The notes beneath the pieces were generated by a model, which saw nothing but the letters and a program-made list of their open reading frames with translations, did not search any database and was not told the origin of the DNA. A stretch of 64,000 bases of DNA, from positions 22,134,001 to 22,198,000 of the forward strand of contig OZ024753.1 in NCBI GenBank assembly GCA_964016885.1. Direction: 5' to 3'. Source of the stretch: Eledone cirrhosa. Taxonomy: Eukaryota. Shown piece after piece: positions 30,001 to 40,169 of the stretch (the stretch's first letter is position 1; the number at the start of each line of letters is the position of its first letter). A program made the translations under genes and the position numbers.

Positions 30001-31411
30001 ACAACGTGTGATAGAATGGTAGTGGTTTGAACGTCAGATAGAATGGTAGAGTGTTTAGAACTCCTGATAGAATGGTAGAGTGGTTATAAAGTCAGATAGA
30101 ATGGTAGGGTGGTTACAACGTCTGATAGAATGTTAGTGGTTAGAACGTCAGAAAGAATGGTAGAGTCGTTAGAACAGCAGATAGAATGGTAGTGGTTAGA
30201 AAGTCAGATAGAATGGTAGAATGGTTAGAACGTCAGATAGAATAGTAGAGTGGTTAGAACGACAGATAAAATGGTAGAGTGGTTAGAACGGCTGATAGAA
30301 TGGTAGAGTGGTTAGAACGTCTGATAGAATGGTAGTAGTTACCACGTCAGACAGAATGGTAGCGTCCTTAGAACAGCAGATAGAATGGTAGTGGTTAGAA
30401 AGTCAGATAGAATGGTAGAATGGTTAGAACGTCAGATAGAATAGTAGAGTGGTTAGAACGACAGATAGAATGGTAGGGTTGTTACAACGTCGGATAGAAT
30501 GGTAGAGTGGTTAGAACGTCAGATAGAATGATAGAGTTGTTAGAACGTCAGATAGAATGGTAGAGTGGTTAGAACGTCGGATAGAATGTTAGAGTGGTTA
30601 GAACGTCTGATAGAATGGTAGTGGTTAGAACATCAGATAGAGTGGATAGAACGTCAGATAGAATGGTAGAGTGGTTAGAACGTCTGATAGAATGGTAGCG
30701 TGGTTAGAACGTCAGATAGAATGGTAGAGTTGTTAGAACGTCAGATAGAATGGTAGAGTAGTTAGAACGTCAGATAGAATGGTAGAGTGGTTAGAACGAC
30801 AGAAAGAATGGTAGAGCCGTTAGAACGACAGATAGAATGGTAGAGTTGTTTGAACATCAGATAGAATGGTAGAGTGGTTAGAACGTCGGATAGAATGGTA
30901 GAGTGGTTAGAACGTTAGATAGAATTATAGAGGGGTTAGAATTTCAGATAGAATGGTAGAACTGTTAGAACGTCGGATAAAATGGGAGAGTGGTTAGAAT
31001 GTCAGATAGAATGGTAGAATTATTAGAACGTTGGATAGAATGGTAGAGTGGTTAGAAAATCAGATAAAGTGGTTAGAACGTCAGATAGAATGGTGGAGTA
31101 GTTAGAACGTCGGATAGAATGGTAGAGTGATTAGAACGTCAGATGGAATGGTTAGAACGTTGGATAGAATGGTAGAGTGGTTAGAACGTCAGATAGAATG
31201 GTAGAATGGTTAGAACGTCGGATAGAATGGTAGACTGGGTAGAACCTCAGACAGAATGGTAGAGTGGTTAGAACGTCAGATAGAATGGTAGAATGGTTAG
31301 AACGTCAGATAGAATGGTAGAGTGATTAAAACGTCCGATAGTATGGTAGAGTGGTTAGGACGTCTGATAGAATGGTAGTGGATAGAACGTCTGATTGAAT
31401 GGTAGATTGGT
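1..31411. repeat. 29-bp satellite array (consensus GATAGAATGGTAGAGTGGTTAGAACGTCA), about 1,100 monomers, open at the left window edge
   Basis: Continuous tandem monomers with 27-bp and 21-bp deletion variants; purine-rich + strand; no ORF in the six-frame track before 31,440; ends at ...GGTAGATTGGT (~31,411). Confidence 0.98.
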
Positions 31412-31491
31412 ACTAATTACGGCACTCGGCTCTCTGAGTTCATCCTTTCAAGGTCGATAAAAAAAGTCCCAGTCTAGTACCGAGGTCGATT
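31412..31491 (+). mobile_element. Degenerate tRNA-derived SINE body directly abutting the satellite
   Basis: CTCTGAGTTCATCCTTTCAAGGTCGATAAAAAAAGTCCCAGT...GAGGTCGATT aligns to the SINE copies at 40,170-40,560 and 60,049-60,245, with an internal deletion between two TTCA microhomologies. Confidence 0.75.
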
Positions 31492-32005
31492 CTGCCTCTA
31501 TATACCTTTCTCATTTCCATTCCCCTCACTATGGTTATGCTTCTCTGGAAGAAATCTGTTGTATTCGGACCTGAAGAGGGATGGGTTCCGTCTGGCTTTA
31601 AAAAATACTTGAGGAACGACTCCCCCATTAGGTAGGGGATCATAGTATACCATATAACATAGTTTAAAGTAGTTTAAGTGGTGTAACTCTCATTACAGGG
31701 AAACCACTGAAAACTTGATATAAATGCTATTTCAGTTAGCAGTTTTATTATCTGCAAAATCAGTACGGGATAAAATCTGTGAAATGAAAAGTATTAATCT
31801 GCGTGATTCAACAAATGATTTTAACGAATTATTTATTGCCTTTCATTATTGATAAAACTGATGAGATTCTGTCTTAATCTCCAGTTTCAATCGTTTGTTT
31901 TGATTTCCGTTAATCGCGCTATTAATTCTCATGGAAAAATACGACCAGCAAACCTTACAATTTCTCTGACCTTAACAATCAAATTTCTGTCTATTTTGAT
32001 AAAAC

Positions 32006-32215
32006 TAATGGTTTCTGATTTAGATGCAAGGCCCGCAATTTCGGGGGGAGGGGAAAGTCAATTAAATCGACCCCAGTGAGTAACTGGTACTTTATTTTAT
32101 CGACCCCCGTAAGGATGAAAGTCAAAGCTAACGTCGGCGGGATTTGACTCAGAACGTAAGGGGCCATAACTCTATGTTTCAAAGCATGGTGTCTGACGCT
32201 CTACCGATAATGCCA
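32006..32215 (-). mobile_element. tRNA-derived SINE, near full length
   Basis: Reverse complement reads TGGCATTATCGGTAGAGCGTCAGA (A-box-like) ... CTGAGTCAAATCCCGCCGA (B-box-like) ... CATCCTTACGGGGGTCGATAAAATAAAGTACCAGT ... CTGGGGTCGATTTAATTGAC; same family as the other copies. Confidence 0.9.
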
Positions 32216-32434
32216 TAATAGCTACTCAAACGAGCCAAGGAGGTTGGACCAAACTCCTAGAAATAGCCGTCAAATTTTTCAAATAAAATCATATTTGATA
32301 AAATGTCACATAGGTAAATGTAGTTTTTAAAAATACAGAAAACACCCGGATAATTTTATATAATTTTATATTAAACATCGAAAGAACAATGAGTGCTATA
32401 GGTCCTTTATCATCAAAATTGGCCAAACCTCAGC

Positions 32435-32545
32435 ATTCGTATGTATTTCATCAATCTTGGAAGGACGAATAATAGACCTTGATGGTTAGAACTCAGAGAC
32501 CTAGAGGATATAACTAAACAGTGTGTGGTATTTTATCTTGACTAT
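32435..32545 (-). mobile_element. Highly degenerate SINE remnant
   Basis: Reverse complement retains CTCTGAGTTCTAA and CGTCCTTCC..ATTGATGAAAT motifs in SINE order. Confidence 0.35.
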
Positions 32546-32795
32546 CTATTCTATCTTATTCTATCTCATCTGACAATTTCATTTCCTGGTCAGTAACTCC
32601 AAGAAGGGTAATTTGTTTTAGAGGAACGCAAATGTTTCTCTCTTAGGCCATTTTGCTTTATATATCTGAGCTGAGAATACGTCTGTCAGTTTGACAAATG
32701 TTAGCTTCTTACCTTTGCTGAGAACCGTACTTTGAATAGTATGTGGCGAAGTATTTTGATAAATGTTGCTTAGCAATTTATTTTTGCATTTCCCC

Positions 32796-32900
<105 letters not shown>

Positions 32901-33315
32901 GTATGCATATGTATATAATATCAACTTATCAACTTGTTGAAAGGTGATAAATCAAAGATTTTAATAGCCAACTCTGCAATGGAAGGAACAAATCAAGCAG
33001 AATATTAAGATTAACGGTTAGTATATAGATATAAGTTGAGATAAAGTCTTGATGGAGTAGTAGCAAACAGCAGTTAGTTTGCAACACCAATTACCTTATC
33101 ACTTTTACTCAGTCTCATCACCCCTTCATATGACGTCAGTAGAAAAGAAACCACTTTTTGTTTTTTGCAATAGGAAATTTCGTTGCCGAATCCATCGATT
33201 GCAATTAATGTTCGATAAGTTATCCCTCAGGTGGTGAATTGACAGTCGTTTAAACATCGGATACGAATGTTTGCAGTTTTCTTTCCAGTGCCCTGCAAAT
33301 ACCATCACAGTCAGT

Positions 33316-33372
33316 GTTGCCTTTTCTACATTTCGAGGCCGATAAAAAAGTACCAATCCAGTGCTGGGATTG
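33316..33372 (+). mobile_element. SINE core fragment
   Basis: GTTGCCTTTTCTACATTTCGAGGCCGATAAAAAAGTACCAATCCAGTGCTGGGAT resembles the TTTGCCTTTCATCC..GGTCGATAAAATAAAGTACCAGT..CTGGG core. Confidence 0.55.
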
Positions 33373-33821
33373 TTTATATATATTTATTTTATTAAGGCTA
33401 AATTGTCTTGTTACTCTGGAGTTTATTTATCAGTCATTAAGATGTCTGATAACTATTTGATAAAATAAACCAGTCTGAAAGGCGATCGATAGATTAGGAT
33501 CTTTAGTTAGCCATAAATATAATTAAAGATTGACATTCTCTGGGAAGAATGCCTGGGTGACCACTTGACCACACCTACCCCCTCCCACCAGCCTTAGAAA
33601 CATCAACCATTCAGGGACTGCTTCCTTACAATACAAGATTTATTTTAAAAGACATTCCCGAATCAAATTTTCCATTTTCTATTCTCTTTTTTCTATCGTC
33701 AAATATATTATCACGGTCTGGTGATCGGAATGATTAGGTTACAAACTCAGATGTGGATTAGTTAAACCATACAAGGTAAGAAAATATGTGTACACACACA
33801 CACACACGCACACGCACACGC

Positions 33822-33879
<58 letters not shown>

Positions 33880-34044
33880 TAGAATTGGTGCTCTCAAATA
33901 GCTATATATATATATGAATGTATATACAGTGTATTTTGAAATACACTGTATGCTTAATTAAAAGCATTTCGAAGACCTTATGTTATTCTTTTAGAGTAGT
34001 GACAGACTCACTTACTTTAATTTCAGCAAACAGGGGAAGATAAA

Positions 34045-34087
34045 GCTGACAAGGCCTTGTTTCGCATTTATTGATGCTTATCAAAGC
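34045..34087 (-). ncRNA. Type I hammerhead ribozyme, U3:A8 core variant
   Basis: Minus strand: GCU UUGAUAA GCAU-CAAUAA-AUGC GAAA CAAGGCCUUG UC AGC. Stem I GCU/AGC, stem II GCAU/AUGC, palindromic stem III ACAAGGCCUUGU, GUC cleavage triplet. Confidence 0.8.
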
Positions 34088-34649
34088 CAACTACTCCTGT
34101 TTGCTGAAATCATGGATGTTTGGTTCTTATAGAATTCTAGTAAATAATCAGGAACTGATTATACAGAGCGGTTGCCGGTCAAGCAGAAATTGAAAATTAG
34201 AATTTTAATTTTCAAAGTTCTACTCTCACAACTTTTATGAAGTAAAATACAAAATCAACTTCCTTAGTAACGCATATTTGATATATAAACAAATAATAAT
34301 TGTAAATTATTTCTATCTCCATAATAATAATACATACGCAATTATTAATCTATATAGATATTTATATACATATAACCTATCGTAATGTAATAAGATAAAA
34401 ATACTTACAACCATAATTCTTCATATAATCTAATTGATTATACACAATATTATAACTCATAATATAGGTAAATGAATTAAAATTTAAACTCTGGAATCAT
34501 ATTCCACTTTTTCCCCCCAAATTAATACGTCATTAAGTGGAGCGGGAGAACAATTACACGCAAAGACAAAACCACGTTTATGGTATAACTGAAGTCGTAG
34601 ACTAAAATTCTATTTAGGAAACCAAATGATTCTCGGCTTCAGAGTTAAG

Positions 34650-35013
34650 ATTCAAGCAGCGTCTTTACATGCATACCCATTCTTTTCTTAACCCTTTAAG
34701 AAGGAATATGACGTCACTTTTAGCTTATATCTGGAGTCTAAAAGACAACCACACCCAATGTAAGTTACACTGGGAGATCCTAGCTAAGGCTAGATCGTAT
34801 AACGGAAATAAAAGACCATGTGACCTCTGCGCCGCTGAAGCCCTGGAAATACTCTACGCCAAAGACCACATCTTGAACAAAAAATCTGAGGCAATTTCGG
34901 CTTGTAAACATAAATTGCACAAAACTTTCCTGTATTACAGCTCCACATTATACCCTAACGGATAGTACGAACTATACGCGGATATTTTACATCTCGATGT
35001 GGTAGCTAAGTAT
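34650..35013 (+). mobile_element. 3' fragment of a Penelope-like element (GIY-YIG C-terminal half), copy of 43,020-43,384
   Basis: Near-identical to 43,020-43,384. ORF 34,669-34,965 has TSLLAYIWSLK...WEIL..A..Y....CDLC..E..IL.....LNKKSE....CKH, typical of a PLE endonuclease C-terminus. Confidence 0.88.
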
Positions 35014-35734
35014 ATTTTTTGTTTATCACCTTGACCGACCAGTCTGTCGGGCGCCATGCGGCGCCGCTGGTCACAGCACGTTGCTGTTTTAGCCATACGA
35101 TGACGCCATCCCACTGGCTGGGCGGGCAGGCCGACGTTATGTTTATACCATTACTTATTTGTATAGGTAAGTATATATTACCTGTATGTTTTATGAAGTT
35201 AAGTATACTTTCTCGTACGTATATTTGCTTGTATATGTTATAGGCGTATATATTATATTATATATACTGGTACATGTGCATATGGTTATGTGTATACGTG
35301 AGTTTTGCGTCTGTATGAGTATGCGGGTTCGTACGTATGTAGGGTATGTGTATATGTGTACTTTGTGTTTTGGTTGACGTCATTTAGCGAACATATGTGT
35401 ATTTACATGTAGGTATGAGTGTGCGCGCGTTATATACGTATTTATGTGTGTATATTTATATACGTTTATATAATTATATGTATACACGCACACACACACA
35501 TATATATATATATTTTTTTATATATATTTTTATGTGTGTTTGGTGTATACGTTCGTATATGTGCGGGTCCAGGCGTTGCGTGGGTTCTGTATGTGCGTGC
35601 GTGTTTTTCGGTGTACGTGCTTGTATTTTCATACCCATGACATGTGTATGTACGTATATGGATGCGTGCATGTATATATTTAATTTTTGTTGATTTCAAT
35701 TACCTTTGTAATTTATTTACATTATTCTTAACTC

Positions 35735-36576
35735 TGAAGCTGAGAGTCCCTCCTCCTTCTCCCCCTGTTGACGTCAAGTCCCCCCAACGCACTTGGGATG
35801 TCATCCAGTGCAGCCTGGCCTCAGACAGGCTCACGCGCCAGCTCGACCAGCACTGCCTTGGTTGTTTTCGTGTGGTCTCCAAACCCCACAGTGGTGCCTG
35901 GCTCCATGCCCTGCCCTCCTTCTTCACTGCCACGCAGCTTGACAACCATAGCCTGCGAATCAGCGTTTCCCTGAGGCTCGGCCTCCGGATCTGCCACCCA
36001 CACCAATGTCGCTGCGGTTCCACCGTGGACTCTTTCGGCCTCCACCCACTTTCCTGTCGTCACAGTGCCGGCCGCATTCCATGCCATGCTGCCCTCAACG
36101 AGGTCATTAAGCATGGCTTGGACGCTGCAGGCTTCCCTTCCCAGCTCGTGCCGGTGGGGCTAGATCGAGGGGACGGCAAAAGGCCAGATGGCATGACCAT
36201 CTTCCCGTTCCGCGGTGGCAAACCCCTCGTCTGGGATTCCACTTGCACCGAGACTTTCTGCAGCCGCAACCTGGTGCAGTCTGTGACTGACCCAGGTTCT
36301 GCTGTACGTCGGGCTGAGGGGGCCAAACTTCTCAAATACCGGTCGCTCTTCGACAGGTTTGCGGCCGTACCCCTGGCTGTGGAGACATTTGGTATCCTCG
36401 GCTCCAGGGCTACCTCCTTACTCACCACCATAGGCGCTGAGCTGGCCAGCCGCAGGTGTGAGCCCCGCGAGTTGGAGCGGCTTTTCCAGCGCGTCTCCCT
36501 TGCCTTCCTCCGCGGAAACGCCTTCTCCATTCTGTCCACCAGGTCTGTGGGTGGGCCCCATCGTGTACAGTTGTAG
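35735..36576 (+). mobile_element. 3' fragment of a CRE-clade non-LTR retrotransposon (zinc knuckle + restriction-like endonuclease)
   Basis: ORF 35,644-36,576 contains SGAWLHALPS, CRCG..VD..GLHPLSC, H..LN, DGKRPDG, LVWDST, K..KY, PLAVET.G and FQRVS.A..RGNA; GC-rich island in AT-rich flanks; no RT part. Confidence 0.85.
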
Positions 36577-37102
36577 TTATTGAATACAGATATTAACTCA
36601 TCAATCCCATTGTCCTAATATGAATATTATGGCTATACTTTTCAAATAGAATTTTAGTCTACGACTTCAGTTATACCATAAACGTGGTTTTGTCTTTGCG
36701 TGTAATTGTACTCCACGCTCCACATAATGACGTATTATCTTCGTTTTTTTTCGTTCATTGCCAGAGAACGTCTCCACGAACCACCTAATAGCATATTAGT
36801 CTACGACTTCATTTATACCATAACCGTGGTTTTGTCTTTGCGTGTAATTGTTTTCACCGCTCCAAATAATGACCTATTATCTTCGTTTTTTTCTGATCTT
36901 TGCCAGGGAACGTTTCCACGAATAAAAGTATCGTCATCGTGTCTTCCTTCGGTTTCAACGTTTTGCGAAATATTTACTTCTGCGTTGAGAGATTGATTTT
37001 TTTCGTTTCAGAAGATCCCGTTAAGGGTGAAAGCAGCGATTCTTTGCTTAAATTTTAATCTGCTATTTTAATAAATATTTGCTCTACGGTTCTTATATAT
37101 TT

Positions 37103-37161
37103 GATATATATTTATCCTTATCGAGCCCTCTTTGGATTTTAGTCTCCAAATTTATTATTAT

Positions 37162-37165
<4 letters not shown>
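37103..37165. repeat. ~63-bp interspersed repeat, second copy at 50,171-50,234, both next to (TA)n
   Basis: GATATATATTTATCCTTATCGAGCCCTCTTTGGATTTTAGTCTYCAAATTTATTATTATTACT present twice. Confidence 0.85.
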
Positions 37166-37240
<75 letters not shown>

Positions 37241-37243
37241 TAT

Positions 37244-37313
<70 letters not shown>
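37164..37313. repeat. (TA)n microsatellite; similar tracts at ~32,799-32,896, 38,143-38,240, 39,325-39,666, 43,876-44,329, 50,007-50,378, 50,990-51,197, 61,103-61,197, 62,730-63,011
   Basis: Direct reading; these tracts produce the spurious IYIY ORFs. Confidence 0.98.
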
Positions 37314-37316
<3 letters not shown>

Positions 37317-37338
37317 TAGATATAGATATGGTATATAT

Positions 37339-37642
37339 ATTTCGTTTCTGAATTTGTTTAGCAAGATTCTTTATCTGAAAACGTGTGTTGAAACTGACAT
37401 TGTTATACTTTGGGAGAGTCATGTTGCCAATAAGAAACACACGCACCAGTTGCTTTCACTTCAATTTATTATATATTAAATTATAAATTTAAAAATCTAT
37501 AAATTTCCGGTTGGTTGGTTGGTTCCAAAACCGGACGGTTGTTCATATATTGTCAAAGTCTATCGTGACCTCATCAGTGACTGGGGATTCTTTTCTTTGT
37601 TATGTGCCTCTCCTTTGTTGTCCTACGCCATATTGTTTTTGT
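37339..37642 (-). mobile_element. Solo pseudo-LTR (3' end) of the PLE family at 52,675-57,238, with a shrunken HHR at 37,552-37,581
   Basis: Colinear with 52,675-52,996 from ATTTCGTTTCTGAATTTG. Minus strand GUCA CUGAUGA GGUCAC GAUA GAC UU UGAC (stem II mostly deleted, GAAA changed to GAUA). Confidence 0.88.
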
Positions 37643-37955
37643 ATATATTATATATATATATATTTATATAATATATATATATTATGTATATATATTATAT
37701 ATATATATTATATATATATATATATATTATATATATACGGGATAACATATTATTGTTATAGGTAGTCCTCTTGGGTGTAGTCCAGTTAGGGTACTCCGAG
37801 TAGTGGATGGTATCAACGCTTGGCTAAGTTTGACTCAACAAGGCGTTTCCATAGTGATGTTGCGAGTACGCGGTGATTTCTATGTTGTTTACACTTGGAG
37901 TAATGATAAATCAAGAAAGAAGAGTGACACGGTTTGATATACAATAAGGGCTTTA

Positions 37956-38077
37956 TTCACTTTGCTGACAATTGTTTCTGGGAACTGGTAGGTCTAGAGA
38001 TCGCTACCCGCCTATTTCTGCGTCAATCGATCACCAATACATAGTTATAACCAGTCAATTCATCAGAGCTAGCGAAA
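37956..38077 (-). ncRNA. Type I HHR with an 81-nt stem II region
   Basis: Minus strand: GCU CUGAUGA [AUUGACUGG...CCAGUUCCCA] GAAA CAAUUG UC AGC; palindromic stem III ACAAUUGU; GUC site. Confidence 0.7.
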
Positions 38078-38139
38078 TTGACAGCAAAGTGATTAAAGCC
38101 TTATTATATAGCAAACCGTGTCACTCTTCTTTCTTGATT

Positions 38140-38232
<93 letters not shown>

Positions 38233-39160
38233 ATATATTATTGTGGTAGAACACTGGAAGGTAATAACCGTAGTGGTAGAGCACTCAGTCCATGGGACGA
38301 GTTAGGTACAAGTGGTTACACAACAGTTAGTTCACCATACCTTATATATATGTGTGTGTGTGTATATATATATATGTGTGTATATATGTATATATATATA
38401 TATGGTAGCGTGCGTGCATGTGATTAGATGTACATGTATATATGTGCTTCGTGTGTATGTATGCGCGCTTTTGTATGTATGTACGCATGTATGTGCTTTT
38501 GTTTGTACGTATTTATATATATATTTTTATATATATATGTGTGTACGAACCTCTGTATGTTTTCTGTTTTTTCTAGTGTTACTTTATAATTGATAACCCC
38601 TCCCTCTTACTTTCTCTTTGATTTAATTTTTTTATTCTCTTATATTTTTTCATATTTTCATTTTCATATTTTATATTTGTATATATGTATCGACCTTCAG
38701 CCTGACACTGCTTTGACTGATACACTCCCTTCCCTGTATATATCACATGTATGGATGTGGTTGCGCGCGCGTGTGTGTTTATACGCTTGCTTTCATACTT
38801 GTATGTGTATATATTTCAATCCTTAGTCCCTTAGTCTGTATGTACGCTAACTCTATTATCTTACAATGTCTTTTTTCAACATATATTATACACGTATTTG
38901 TGGTCACACATACACTGATATGCTTGCCCTCAGTTATGTACTTACTAACACATTTTTTCACTATACACATGCATTTGTACATACACACATGTACATTTGT
39001 AGGTGCATATACACACATTTATACACATACCCTTACTATATTTCCTTATTTTATTTTTATTTATGTCTTGCATTACTTTTATTTATATATTTTTTTGCCC
39101 GTTAAACCTTTGCCTTTCTTGGGGAGATTTTTCTAATATTTCACTATGTTTTAAATTGCC

Positions 39161-39232
39161 TTGTCTGACGAACGAATGAGGACGTTTCTTGTATTCGTCT
39201 TATTCGGGAAACCTCTGCTAATGAGGTAATTA
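39161..39232 (+). ncRNA. Type I HHR with a closed stem III; stem I weak
   Basis: CUGACGA A CGAAUGAGGACG-loop-CGUCUUAUUCG G GAAA CCUC-UGCUAAU-GAGG UA; stem I only about 2 bp. Confidence 0.6.
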
Positions 39233-39261
39233 TATTGTATTGTTTATTATACATTATATAT

Positions 39262-39307
39262 ATATTGATGATTTCTCAAGAATGAAACAGTTCTAGTCCT
39301 GTAGAAT
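39262..39307 (+). ncRNA. Degenerate type I HHR, tandem partner of 39,161
   Basis: UUGAUGA U UUC-UCAA-GAA U GAAA CAG-UUCUAGUC-CUG UA GAAU; C3 changed to U and the stem I 5' strand eroded into TA repeat. Confidence 0.5.
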
Positions 39308-39445
39308 CTCATCTATATTAAAACTATATTATATATATATATATATTATATATATTATATATATATATATTATATATATTATATATATATATATTATCTA
39401 TATATATATATTATATATATATATATATATTATATATATATATAT

Positions 39446-39484
<39 letters not shown>

Positions 39485-39589
39485 TATATATATTATATAT
39501 ATATTATATATATTATATATATATTATATATATTATATATATATTATATATATATAATATATATATATATATTATATATATTATATATA

Positions 39590-39696
<107 letters not shown>

Positions 39697-39805
39697 TACA
39701 TACACTGAAATCTATTATTACATCTCAAAAAAGCATTTTCCATAAACAGATATACAATTCCGGAGGTGATTTGATATGGCAAGGAATAATCTCACACCTA
39801 GATAA

Positions 39806-40040
39806 TATCTCTCTTTCTCTCTCTATCTCTCTCTCTTGTCACTCTTATTCTTATCTCTCTCTCTCTTATCTCTGTCTTTCTCTCTCTCAGCCCCTCTCTC
39901 TCTCTTTCTTTCTTTCTCTCTCTCTCTCTTTCTCTCTCTTCTCTCTGTCTTTCTCTCTCTCACTCTCTCTCACCGCTCCCCCACTCCCCCCATATCCCCT
40001 CCCCTCCCTCCCCTACCTCCCCCTTCCCCCCTCTCTCTCT
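39806..40040. repeat. (CT)n / polypyrimidine low-complexity tract
   Basis: Direct reading. Confidence 0.9.
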
Positions 40041-40169
40041 ATCTTATCTACTGATTACCCTATAAAATGGTGTGAAGTCTATTTAAAACTTATTAACATC
40101 TGCTGCCAGATCAATAAAAATAAGAGAAGTGAGGAAGTGATTATTGTTATTATTTTTATTGTTATTAAT

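Larger units (their letters stand above)
34523..36737. repeat. ~93-bp inverted repeat pair (34,523-34,615 / 36,644-36,737), with a further tandem copy at ~36,797-36,878
   Basis: AATACGTCATTAAGTGGAGCGGGAGAACAATTACACGCAAAGACAAAACCACGTTTATGGTATAACTGAAGTCGTAGACTAAAATTCTATTT versus its reverse complement at 36,644, with few mismatches. Confidence 0.9.

Noticed and set aside
1-31411. Satellite as a CRISPR array
   Set aside because: No unique spacers; monomers are contiguous; eukaryotic context; no cas genes.
1-31411. Satellite as telomeric repeat (contains GGTTAG)
   Set aside because: No (TTAGGG)n or (TTAGG)n run, and the G-rich strand points toward the unique DNA, opposite to a telomere at the left edge.
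31567-31610. CTGAAGA followed by a hairpin (possible HHR)
   Set aside because: No GAAA, stem III or stem I partner follows.
35700-36539. Antisense and alternative-frame ORFs over the CRE fragment and PLE ORFs
   Set aside because: Shadow ORFs of GC-rich or biased coding sequence with no recognisable motifs.
36900-36945. Minus-strand AUGACGA...GAAACGUUC as an HHR
   Set aside because: C3 missing and no stem I complementarity.
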